From Trichormus sp. ATA11-4-KO1 (GTDB taxonomy: Bacteria > Cyanobacteriota > Cyanobacteriia > Cyanobacteriales > Nostocaceae), in assembly GCA_019358915.1 (NCBI GenBank), contig JAHHIM010000029.1, forward strand, positions 1 through 56,892: 56,892 bases of DNA. Reading direction: 5' to 3'. Position 1 is the first letter of the stretch. Every line of letters starts with the position of its first letter. The position numbers and the translations under genes were made by a program. The notes under the pieces were generated by a model, which searched no databases, was not told the origin of the DNA, and saw only the letters and a list, made by a program, of their open reading frames with translations. Below, one piece after another: positions 20,069-29,605 of the stretch.

Positions 20069-21844
20069 TCAACTCCCATTAACTACTTGAATTGGACGCA
20101 TCATATCGCGGTCTTCATGGATTAAGATATGGCAATGCCAGACATACTTTCCTGGTCTGTCAAATGTGGCTATGAAGCGGACAACTTCATCAGGGTTAAC
20201 AACTATCGAGTCTTTTCGACCATTCTCGTAGGGTGCTATGGTCTTGGGATCACCCCTGAGATTAACATTGCGGAGAAACTGCTTAGTCTCACCTTTTATT
20301 GGGTCTATTTCAGTCACTAAATTACCACTAAAATTCTGCCGATTGAGAACCTGGAAGGCAACCAAATGTATATGAACAGTGTGTACGTACTGGGTGGGGT
20401 TATAGATTTCCCAAACCTCGGTTGTGCCTAATTGTGGTGTCTCAGTTACAGGGTCATGATATCTGAACGAACCGTCTTTTAATGTCCCCAGCAAAAAAAG
20501 ATCATGGTTATCTGCTTCTCGAAGTTGAAAAAGAGCTAGTTGTCGGGTAGGTGCAGTTGGCGTAAGCGGCGTAATTGCGTCGGGTCGTAACTGAGTCGTC
20601 AGTCCATCGCTTTCGTCTGTATCAACCGTAGCAATGGGAATATCAGCAAGTGGTTGGTTGACTGTGAACTTCATAATCTGACCTGTGGTATCGGGGTCAG
20701 CACCTAGGCCGTAATTTCTCAGAATGAACTCTTTTCCAGCATCGCCAGTAAAGTCAACAATTACATCTGCGCGTTCACTGGGAGAAAGTACTAACTCATC
20801 TAAGGCAACTGGATTTTCTACAAAGCCTTGTTCAGTGCCAATAAGGTAAATTTGTTTATATGTGTCACGAAATTCCAATTTGTAAAAGCGCGAATCTGAA
20901 CCATTCAATAAACGCAAGCGGTACTTTCTTGGTTCTACTTGCAGATTGGGCCATGCCATCCCATTCACTAAGATTAAATCACCATAAGATCCCGTGCGGC
21001 TGGGAACTCCCGGAGGATTTGTATTTGTTTCTTCTGGATAGAACAGCTGACCGTCAGCCGTAAACTGTTTGTCTTGAATTAGCAACTCTCTTTCGTAGTC
21101 GCCACTGGGTAGGACATTATTGTTGATCAAATTATCTTCGTTTTGATCTCGTAATAAATAATATCCCACTAGTCCAGTGTAAACATTGTATTGAGTGATG
21201 AGGTCTGTGTGGTCATGATACCAATATATTGCCGCTTCTCCCTGATAGTTGTTGTCGTAAGTATAAGTTTTCTTCACCCAGTCGGGCCCTGTTAGAGAAT
21301 AATTTTGTGTGAACCAGGCTTCTGGTATGCCATCGCTATCTGATTCGGTGTGACCTCCATGCAAATGTACTACTGTGGGTACTCCTTGTTCCAGAGCTGT
21401 TTGCAAAAGTGGATTGTGTATATTTTCGGTATCTATGGGCAATAAATGTTTTTGGGGTAGCTTATTTCTCCACTCCACTTGAATTGGTATGAACTTTTGT
21501 GCGATGAATGTAGGGCCTGGATAAGTAACATTTTCACCTGCTAAGCCATATCCCCAAACGTTTGTATTGAGACGTTCATCGTCACTAGTGCCATATTCAC
21601 CATCTTGTCCAGGCCCAGCATATAATCCTAGCCATTGCTCTGTTTGCCTCATTTCTAGAGTGAAATTTCCGCCTTTTGTGCCATCTAATTTATGAGGAGA
21701 TGGTAAGGAATTAATGAACTTTGGTTGGGTTCTGGGGTCAAACAAGAAACCATTTTGTGTAGACCTGGCTTTTACTGAAGTAATTGTGAGACATGAAACA
21801 AACAAAAATAAAACCAAAAAAATTAATTTGTGCTTCATTTTCAT
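20069..21844 (-). CDS. Secreted multicopper oxidase (CotA/bilirubin oxidase-like)
   Basis: Signal peptide; Cu motifs HLHG, YWYHDH, HTVHIHL, WHCHILIHED..MM. Confidence 0.92.
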   Translation of the reverse strand: MKMKHKLIFLVLFLFVSCLTITSVKARSTQNGFLFDPRTQPKFINSLPSPHKLDGTKGGNFTLEMRQTEQWLGLYAGPGQDGEYGTSDDERLNTNVWGYGLAGENVTYPGPTFIAQKFIPIQVEWRNKLPQKHLLPIDTENIHNPLLQTALEQGVPTVVHLHGGHTESDSDGIPEAWFTQNYSLTGPDWVKKTYTYDNNYQGEAAIYWYHDHTDLITQYNVYTGLVGYYLLRDQNEDNLINNNVLPSGDYERELLIQDKQFTADGQLFYPEETNTNPPGVPSRTGSYGDLILVNGMAWPNLQVEPRKYRLRLLNGSDSRFYKLEFRDTYKQIYLIGTEQGFVENPVALDELVLSPSERADVIVDFTGDAGKEFILRNYGLGADPDTTGQIMKFTVNQPLADIPIATVDTDESDGLTTQLRPDAITPLTPTAPTRQLALFQLREADNHDLFLLGTLKDGSFRYHDPVTETPQLGTTEVWEIYNPTQYVHTVHIHLVAFQVLNRQNFSGNLVTEIDPIKGETKQFLRNVNLRGDPKTIAPYENGRKDSIVVNPDEVVRFIATFDRPGKYVWHCHILIHEDRDMMRPIQVVNGS

Positions 21845-22116
21845 TAAAGATTATAGACAATGATTAATTGCGTCATACCTTTTCTTTGTAAAGTTGCATA
21901 AAAGTATTAGCTTAAGAGCAACTTTTGTAGCGGCGCATCTTCATATTTATTGGTATTAAAAAATATGCGATCGCACTCGCTAGTTCCCAAGAAAATTTGA
22001 TATAACGCTGTCTAAAACAATATCATTATGTCTATTGTTTCATTGGTATGTCTTAGGAAGTAAAAAAAACTAAAGTATTTATTTGTTTTATTAATTTTTA
22101 TACAATTTAATATATT

Positions 22117-22215
22117 TATACCAATTCTCTATGATGATGCACTTAATATGAAAAAACAAACTGCCAAGGAGGAAGGAGATATTTATTTAGTGCCAACTTA
22201 TAGAAAATTGGTATA
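22117..22215. mobile_element. MITE-like element with terminal inverted repeats
   Basis: tataccaattctctatga...ttatagaaaattggtata imperfect IR; a similar taccaatt...aattggta bracket occurs at 42790-42899. Confidence 0.55.
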
Positions 22216-22256
22216 AGTTAAGTACAATGCAAATACTGTTTACAAGTACAATAAAA

Positions 22257-23273
22257 TCAAACATCATTGCCGTTACGCCACCCACCGAGAAACGCGGCAA
22301 CACCCAAGGCTGCTAACGCCACAGCTCCCCACTTCAACGGTGGATTCATATCTAACCAATCTAAGAAACTGGGTACTGTCAGGTTTCTAAAGTCTCCCTC
22401 AATCCGGTCATAGCCAGGAATTGCGGCAAAAACATTGTCTGGTGCATCCTCTGATTTTGGCTCGTTGGTACGCTGTCCAGGAAAAGCGATCGCTAGTAAA
22501 ATTGTGTCTACCAAAGAAGGCGAAATTCGTTGCAGCAAATCTAAGATTTTGCCCGCATCCCCAACTATAAAATCTCGCATTGGGTGTTCAGCAACGTAGA
22601 GAATGGCATCAACAACCAGACTAGGTTGGTAATAGGGCGGTATTCCTGTTGGTTTCACCCCTAATTTGGTGCGAATTTTATTGTAGTAAGGCGTGTTGAT
22701 TGTTGCAGGCAGTACTGAGGTGATACTAATCGGCCATTTTTCGTGTTGTAACTCCACGCGCAAGGCTTCCAGGAAACCTTCTAAACCGTGTTTGGCAGCA
22801 GAGTAGGGGCTTTGCAGTGGTAGACTACGCCTACCCTCCATTGAAGAAATATGAATTAATGCTCCCCGTCCTTCTTGTTTGAGATAAGGTAGGGCAGCCA
22901 TTGCACCATACACCTGTCCCATTAAGGTGACATCCACAACACGCTCAAATTCCTCTGGCGTGATTTTCTCAAAAGGTGCCATGACACCTGTAGCCGCAGC
23001 ATGAACCCAAGTATCCAATCGTCCATATTCTGCCACGGTTTGGTCAGCGATCGCCTTTACTTGCTGAAAATCACTCACGTCGGCAATTACATATATTGCT
23101 TCACCACCCAAGCCTCGAATCTCTTCTACCAAAGACTTTAGCCCTGGTTCACTGCGTGCAGAAACCACTACCTTGGCACCGGCTTTAGCAAACTTCAGCG
23201 CTGTCTCTCTACCGATACCGCTAGAAGCCCCAACGACGGCTACTACCTGCTGATTAATTGGCTTTAATTGCAT
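22257..23273 (-). CDS. SDR oxidoreductase with C-terminal membrane anchor
   Basis: VGASSGIG, YSAAK, hydrophobic C-terminus. Confidence 0.88.
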   Translation of the reverse strand: MQLKPINQQVVAVVGASSGIGRETALKFAKAGAKVVVSARSEPGLKSLVEEIRGLGGEAIYVIADVSDFQQVKAIADQTVAEYGRLDTWVHAAATGVMAPFEKITPEEFERVVDVTLMGQVYGAMAALPYLKQEGRGALIHISSMEGRRSLPLQSPYSAAKHGLEGFLEALRVELQHEKWPISITSVLPATINTPYYNKIRTKLGVKPTGIPPYYQPSLVVDAILYVAEHPMRDFIVGDAGKILDLLQRISPSLVDTILLAIAFPGQRTNEPKSEDAPDNVFAAIPGYDRIEGDFRNLTVPSFLDWLDMNPPLKWGAVALAALGVAAFLGGWRNGNDV

Positions 23274-23444
23274 CGTTAATCATCCCTAAGTTCTCCTTTT
23301 ATGGATAAGCTTGATGATTAATTTGTACATCTTTCGTTGGACTTACGCAGAGGGTAGAGTTTATAAAAGTGCTGAGTGCTGAGTGCGCTGGCCCTGAGCG
23401 AAGTCGAAGGGGAGTGCTGAGTAAAAAATACTAGTCCCCAGTCC

Positions 23445-24152
23445 CTAATCTCGCCACAGAGCAATACCACCTAATAAACCAGTGATGTTAGGGATGAGTT
23501 TTACGTTTAAGGGTAGCTGCATATTTACCCGAACAGCTTCACCGCCTCCAATGTAAAGGTAATCATAATTGAACAGACTTTGCAAAGAGGCGATCGCCTT
23601 TTCTAATCGCCTGTTCCATCGTTTCTCACCAATTTTTTCTAACTCGGCACGTCCTAGTTGTTCTTCGTAAGTTTTTCCCTTGCGAAACTGATGATGACCC
23701 ATTTCCATATTTGGTACCAATTTACCATCGACAAATAAAGCCGAACCAAACCCTGTACCCAAGGTAATGACTAGTTCTACACCTTTACCTGCTATTGCCC
23801 CAAACCCCTGCATGTCGGCATCATTAATCACGCGTACAGGCTTGTTGAGGCATTTTGATAACGCTGTTTCCAAGTCAAATCCAATCCAATCTGGATGTAA
23901 GTTGACTGCTGTTTCCGTCACTCCATGACGCACTACACCCGGAAAACCTACTGAAACGCGATGGAATTCACCTTGAGCAGCCGCTAACACTGCTATTGCA
24001 TTGATGACAACCTCTGGTTTAGCAGGTTGGGGTGTATCTAAACGTGTCCTTTCTGTTAGGGGATTTCCTGTGATATCCAAAACCATCGCTTTGACACCAC
24101 TACCGCCAATATCAACTGATAAGGTACGAATAGATCCGTTATCTTCAACCAT
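23445..24152 (-). CDS. ppgK: Polyphosphate glucokinase (ROK family)
   Basis: DIGGSGVK, NDADMQG, TLGTGFGSALF, PNMEMGH; start set at MVEDNG because the upstream extension overlaps repeats. Confidence 0.8.
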   Translation of the reverse strand: MVEDNGSIRTLSVDIGGSGVKAMVLDITGNPLTERTRLDTPQPAKPEVVINAIAVLAAAQGEFHRVSVGFPGVVRHGVTETAVNLHPDWIGFDLETALSKCLNKPVRVINDADMQGFGAIAGKGVELVITLGTGFGSALFVDGKLVPNMEMGHHQFRKGKTYEEQLGRAELEKIGEKRWNRRLEKAIASLQSLFNYDYLYIGGGEAVRVNMQLPLNVKLIPNITGLLGGIALWRD

Positions 24153-24550
24153 TGAGTTTTTTCCTTTTTTTACTGCTTGATAAGAAGAAAGGCAGAGGGC
24201 AGAGGGTAGAAGGAAGAAAAGGTACAAACCTTGCTCCTTGTGGGCAAAAAAAATCAAAATATTCTTTGCCAGATGCGTAGTACGAGAAAAGATGCGTCCT
24301 TATACAAACCTCTTCCCTTCATGAAAGAGGTTTCCCGAATGCCTTCTGCCGAATGCCTCCTGCCTTGCTGCCAAAGGCGGCTTTGATGTATTACTATTTG
24401 GCGCTGCATATTTGCAGGATGATTTTGCTGGTTTTATTGAAACCGAAGGAAGGAGTTAGGAGCCAGAAGGATGAAGGATGAATTTGGGTGGGGTCTCAAT
24501 CCCCACCCAAATAAGTTCCGGCAAATCAAAGATTTTGCCGCTTTACTCAA

Positions 24551-24615
24551 ACCCAAGCTGCCTTTGGTCGCGATTCGTCAGAGGATCATGCCTCGATCCT
24601 CGAACCTCTGACTTC
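24551..24615. repeat. Dispersed repeat, second inverted copy at ~53383-53450
   Basis: cctttggtcgcga..gtcagaggatcatgc...cctctgactt here versus aagtcagagg...gcatgatcctctgacttctcgcgaccaaagg at 53383-53436. Confidence 0.75.
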
Positions 24616-24763
24616 TGACTTCGTTGATGTGAGTAAAGCCACCTTGGATGTTTATCTGCGTCCAATGGGTAAAGCATTCAGTGAATTGATTTTTTTCGCT
24701 TACGATTTCTTGACTTTTAAGACAGTCGCTACAAGAATCATCTCTTGATTCAGCCACGCTCAG

Positions 24764-25705
24764 TTATTGATACATTTGCGTTGCTTTCAGCATGTGGTAG
24801 GTAATAATTAACTGGGTAAGCGCTAGGGGATAACTTTGTAATGTTTCTCCCGTTGTCCCAGCAATTTTGCCTAATTCGGGGTTACTTTCGCGATCGCACA
24901 CATTTAGTAAGTAAGGCATATCCGAACATAAAATATGCTCTAACTTATTCACCTGCTCTAAGGTGGCATGACCATCAACTTCTAACACATCCACAGGTTT
25001 ACTCATATCCCGGTCTAATCCCAGACGAATAGCTGACTCAGAATTACCATTAGTTAAGTTAAGAATTGGTGTAAAATCAGGATGAGGAATTGTTGGTCGC
25101 AGTACTAAACGCACGTTTAAATGTCCGTTGTTTTCGTCAACATCTTCACTGGCTGGATAAAAACTCACTACTATATCCGACCATTGCCGTTGCGGACGAA
25201 TAAAATTTTCTGAGTCTGGTTCTCGCTTTTCTAGTTCTGCTAATACTTGTTCCTCAGTATATCCCCGTTTTTGGGTATCCCTTTTCACTTTCCATTGAGC
25301 ACGTAGTGATTCGGGAGGTGCTAAATAAACTTTCACGTCATAAGCCTCACGGGCTGCGCGGGTAGAATAACCGAGTAATCCTTCAATGATGACGAATTTC
25401 TTGGGCTTGATATATTGTGGCGGCTCAAATGTCCCAGTTTTATGGCTATAAACTGGCTTGAGAATTGGCTGTCCCGTGCGTAGCAGCGATAGATGCTGCT
25501 GCATAATATCGAGATGATTACAGTCAGGATGAAGGGCGGTGATGCCAATTTCTGCACGTTGTTGACGATCATAGCGGTGATAATCATCGGTACAGATGAG
25601 AGTCACATTTTCTGGCCCTAGTACCTGAGCAATCCCTCTAGTCAGTGTTGTTTTGCCTGCGGCACTGTCACCGACAATCCCCAGAATTATTGGACGGCCC
25701 ATCAT
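24764..25705 (-). CDS. Phosphoribulokinase/uridine kinase-family protein (non-canonical PRK)
   Basis: P-loop GDSAAGKTT, DDYH, EGL, WKVKRD..RG; lacks the GDSGCGKS Cys of canonical cyanobacterial PRK. Confidence 0.85.
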   Translation of the reverse strand: MMGRPIILGIVGDSAAGKTTLTRGIAQVLGPENVTLICTDDYHRYDRQQRAEIGITALHPDCNHLDIMQQHLSLLRTGQPILKPVYSHKTGTFEPPQYIKPKKFVIIEGLLGYSTRAAREAYDVKVYLAPPESLRAQWKVKRDTQKRGYTEEQVLAELEKREPDSENFIRPQRQWSDIVVSFYPASEDVDENNGHLNVRLVLRPTIPHPDFTPILNLTNGNSESAIRLGLDRDMSKPVDVLEVDGHATLEQVNKLEHILCSDMPYLLNVCDRESNPELGKIAGTTGETLQSYPLALTQLIITYHMLKATQMYQ

Positions 25706-26107
25706 ACCCTCCCGATATGAACGACAAGTACAGTAATCAACTTTTTTAGATAATGTTCTTCATTTTAGAAGGTAATTGACTAAGTAACTCAAGTAAAACA
25801 TTGTATGCAACATCTCTATACATACAATTTATTTATGTTTATTTATTACAGATTTTTTTGTAAATATATTGCGTGTATGCCAAAGTACCAAATATTAACA
25901 AAAATATTTATCTGTGCGAGTTGAAGAATACAGGTAATATTTTATTTTTTCACTTAGTAATGTTAGTTGCTGCACTGGGGAAGCCGCAGCAGCGTCTACA
26001 AAATTCAACAGTCAAAGAAGTATTGCATATTAGATTTATCTGACTGGCTTTGGTATATACCAGAGTAGTACAACAGCAGTGTTGGGGATCAATCCAGGGT
26101 AGGGACT

Positions 26108-27709
26108 ATGGTGATGCTGAATATTTCCGAGTTAGACCAGGTTGATAAGTTTCGCCATCTGCAATTAACTTTGTGCGATCGCTGGCCAACCATCGAGCTA
26201 TTTGACAATAGTGAGGCGGATATTTTAATTGTCCCCTCCCTCAGCATCGACCAGCGTGAACTCCATAAAATAGAAGGCTGTGAGCATTATGAAGAAAGAT
26301 TATTATTTTCCTTGATGCGCTTGCGAAATCCCCGTACGAGGCTGATTTATGTCACGTCCATGCCTCTACACCCTAGTATTATTGATTACTATCTGCAACT
26401 GTTACCCGGAATCCCATTTTCCCACGCCCGCAATCGTTTACTACTGCTTTCTACTTACGATTCCTCTCTCAGACCCCTGACTGCCAAAATTTTAGAACGC
26501 CCCCGGTTGCTAGAGCGAATTCGCCAAGCACTGAGGCTAGAAAAATCATTTATGACGTGCTACAACTCCACATTTTTAGAAGCTGAATTATCTCTCAAAT
26601 TAAATGTGCCATTGTATGCAGCTGCACCAGATTTACAGATTTGGGGCACAAAAAGTGGTAGTCGGCAAATTTTTGCAGAAAGTGGAGTACCGCATCCAGA
26701 TGGCAGCGAAAAGGTGTGGAATCAGCAAGATTTAGCAGAAGTGGCTTGTGATCTATGGGAACGCCAACCGACATTACAACGAATAGTTGTGAAACTCAAC
26801 GAAGGTATTTCCGGAGAAGGAAATGCCCTGCTAGATTTGAGACCAATAATGGATATAGCACCAGGGCAAATTTCTCGAGATCAAAGAGTAGCAACAATTA
26901 GCGATCGCTTTTCGACTTTGCGCTTTCAAGCTAAAAAAGAAACTTGGGCGAATTTTTCCAGCAGAATTCCCGAATTAGGGGTAATTGCTGAAGCATTTGT
27001 GGAAGGAGAAATCAAGCGATCGCCTAGTGTCCAAGGACGCATCACACCCACTGGTGAAGTAGAAATTGTCTCCACCCACGACCAAATTTTGGGAGGGCCA
27101 GACGGTCAGATTTATCTTGGTTGCCGATTTCCTGCTGATCCCAGTTATCGGTTGCAATTGCAGCAATGGGGTTTAAAAATTGGCAAAAAACTCGCGGAAA
27201 AAGGCGCATTTGAGCGATTTGGCGTTGATTTTATCACCGTTGACCAGGGTAATGGTGAGTGGGATATTCAGGCGATCGAAATTAACTTGCGTAAAGGTGG
27301 GACAACTCATCCTTTCATGACGCTGAAATTGCTAACTAACGGTCGTTATGACCTTTCCACAGGGTTATTTTACAGTCAGCAAGGCCGTCCCAAATACTAT
27401 ATCGCCACCGACAACTTACAAAAAGACCGTTATCGGGGATTGTTACCCAACGATTTGATGGATATTATCGCCCACCATCGCTTGCACTTTGATAGTGGTA
27501 CAGAAACAGGCACAGTGTTTCATCTCATGGGTTGTCTTTCCCAGTTTGGCAAGTTGGGGTTAACCAGCATTGGCGATTCCCCACAACAAGCAGAAGACAT
27601 TTATAACAGAGTAGTAAAAGTGCTAGATGAAGAAACTCGCAACGACAACCACGATTTACCCTTATTCTCCGATTACACCTTCCCCATTGCTGGGGATGGA
27701 TATAGCTAG
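26108..27709 (+). CDS. Peptide ligase PGM1-related ATP-grasp protein
   Basis: YEERLLF, VVKLNEGISGEGNA, SPSVQ, HDQILGG, EINLRKGGTTHP motifs. Confidence 0.8.
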   Translation: MVMLNISELDQVDKFRHLQLTLCDRWPTIELFDNSEADILIVPSLSIDQRELHKIEGCEHYEERLLFSLMRLRNPRTRLIYVTSMPLHPSIIDYYLQLLPGIPFSHARNRLLLLSTYDSSLRPLTAKILERPRLLERIRQALRLEKSFMTCYNSTFLEAELSLKLNVPLYAAAPDLQIWGTKSGSRQIFAESGVPHPDGSEKVWNQQDLAEVACDLWERQPTLQRIVVKLNEGISGEGNALLDLRPIMDIAPGQISRDQRVATISDRFSTLRFQAKKETWANFSSRIPELGVIAEAFVEGEIKRSPSVQGRITPTGEVEIVSTHDQILGGPDGQIYLGCRFPADPSYRLQLQQWGLKIGKKLAEKGAFERFGVDFITVDQGNGEWDIQAIEINLRKGGTTHPFMTLKLLTNGRYDLSTGLFYSQQGRPKYYIATDNLQKDRYRGLLPNDLMDIIAHHRLHFDSGTETGTVFHLMGCLSQFGKLGLTSIGDSPQQAEDIYNRVVKVLDEETRNDNHDLPLFSDYTFPIAGDGYS

Positions 27710-27753
27710 GAACTAGGGACTGGGGACTAAAAAATTAACCCACTCAGCACTTT

Positions 27754-28395
27754 TTATGGTGACAATCGCTCTATCTTCCATTCCCCATTTAAGTGAGTAT
27801 ACAGCAGGCGATCGTGTAGACGGCTAGGGCGACCTTGCCAAAATTCAATTTCTCTGGGGATCACGCGTAAGCCTCCCCAATGAGGCGGTCGGGGAATCTC
27901 TTGATTTTCATATTTACTTTGGAACTCCTGCAAGCGTTGCTCTAGAAATTCTCGACTTTCTATAACTTCGCTTTGATTAGATACCCACGCACCTAGGCGA
28001 CTATTAGGAGGACGACTATGAAAATAATGATCTGATTCAGTTTCCGAAACTTTCTCCACATGCCCACAAATTCGTACTTGGCGTTCCAGTTCTGCCCACC
28101 AAAAAACTAAGGCTGCTTGGGGATTTTCTGTGAGTTCTTGTCCTTTGCGACTATTGTAGTTAGTGAAAAAAACAAAGCCTCGTTCATCAAAATCTTTTAG
28201 TAGCACCATTCTTCCCGAAGGCCGACCATGTGGTGTAGAGGTAGCAATGCTCATAGCATTGGGTTCGGGAAGTTGAGCTGCCAATGCTTGCTCGAACCAT
28301 TTTTTAAATTGTATAAAAGGATTGGGGTCAACCTCAGTTTCGCTTAAAGCTTGTAAGGTGTAATCTTTGCGGAGATCAGCTACAGTCTTTTCCAT
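27754..28395 (-). CDS. pdxH: Pyridoxamine 5'-phosphate oxidase
   Basis: [33 protein letters not shown]. Confidence 0.95.
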   Translation of the reverse strand: MEKTVADLRKDYTLQALSETEVDPNPFIQFKKWFEQALAAQLPEPNAMSIATSTPHGRPSGRMVLLKDFDERGFVFFTNYNSRKGQELTENPQAALVFWWAELERQVRICGHVEKVSETESDHYFHSRPPNSRLGAWVSNQSEVIESREFLEQRLQEFQSKYENQEIPRPPHWGGLRVIPREIEFWQGRPSRLHDRLLYTHLNGEWKIERLSP

Positions 28396-28519
28396 GATGA
28401 TTTTCTTCCTTAGTATCAGATATGCTAATACACGTCTTTGATCAAAATATCTCTGATGACTAACACCAATAACAGTTGTAAAAATTTTATCTACGAGTAT
28501 ATAAAATAGATTGCGTCAA

Positions 28520-29605
28520 ATGCGCCGTTCAGCCTCCCTGCAACGTCTGTTAATTTATGGTCTGAGCGGTCCCATTATCGCTCTCAATGTCTGGTTGCTG
28601 TCTGTACTTTTTCGTTATTTCCAGCATCCCATTACTATTTTGAGCATTGCGGCGATTCTCGCTTTTTTACTCAATTACCCGGTTAAGTTCTTTGAACGTG
28701 CCCAAATCACTCGTACTCAGGCAGTGATAATTGTTTTACTTGTAACTCTGACTCTGTTGGTAATTCTGGGCGTGACGCTAGTACCGATGGTGATTGACCA
28801 AACCATTCAACTGTTAAATAAGATTCCTGATTGGTTGACCACTAGTCAAGCAAACCTCCAACAGTTTGAGGTGTTCGCCAAGCAGCGACGGTTGCCTTTA
28901 GATTTGCGGGTGGTGAGTCATCAAATCAATGCCAATATTCAGAATTTAGTGCAACAGCTAGCGTCTGGTGCCGTGGGATTTGCGGGAACGTTACTGTCAG
29001 GATTACTCAATGTGGTGTTAGTGGTTGTATTGGCATTTTATATGCTCCTCTATGGCGATCGCGTTTGGTATGGTCTAGTTAATCTCTTACCCGCCAATAT
29101 TAGAGTCCCCTTGACTACATCCTTAAAGTTAAATTTCCACAACTTTTTCCTGAGTCAGTTGCTACTAGGGTTATTCATGGTAATCAGCCTCACCCCGATT
29201 TTCTTAATCATGAAAGTGCCCTTTGCCCTGTTGTTTGCCATCCTCATCGGTATTTCTGAACTTATTCCTTTTATCGGGGCAACTTTAGGCATTGGTTTAG
29301 TAACTATTTTGGTACTGTTACAAAATGGATGGTTGGCAGTTCAAGTTGCTGTGGTGGCAATAGTCATGCAGCAAATTAAAGATAATCTTTTAGGTCCAAA
29401 GTTACTCGGTAACTTTATTGGCCTAAATCCCATCTGGATTTTTATCGCTATTTTGATGGGATTTGAGATTGCTGGTTTGTTGGGGACACTTGTGGCTGTT
29501 CCCATTGCCGGTACTATCAAAGGCATTTTCGACGCGATTAAGAGTGGCAAACCCAGTGATTTTGTATCAACTGTTACAGTTACTCATGACTCACCTTCTA
29601 ATTAA
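28520..29605 (+). CDS. AI-2E family transporter
   Basis: Multi-TM; LIPFIGA and QQIKDNLLGPKLLG..GLNP motifs. Confidence 0.88.
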   Translation: MRRSASLQRLLIYGLSGPIIALNVWLLSVLFRYFQHPITILSIAAILAFLLNYPVKFFERAQITRTQAVIIVLLVTLTLLVILGVTLVPMVIDQTIQLLNKIPDWLTTSQANLQQFEVFAKQRRLPLDLRVVSHQINANIQNLVQQLASGAVGFAGTLLSGLLNVVLVVVLAFYMLLYGDRVWYGLVNLLPANIRVPLTTSLKLNFHNFFLSQLLLGLFMVISLTPIFLIMKVPFALLFAILIGISELIPFIGATLGIGLVTILVLLQNGWLAVQVAVVAIVMQQIKDNLLGPKLLGNFIGLNPIWIFIAILMGFEIAGLLGTLVAVPIAGTIKGIFDAIKSGKPSDFVSTVTVTHDSPSN

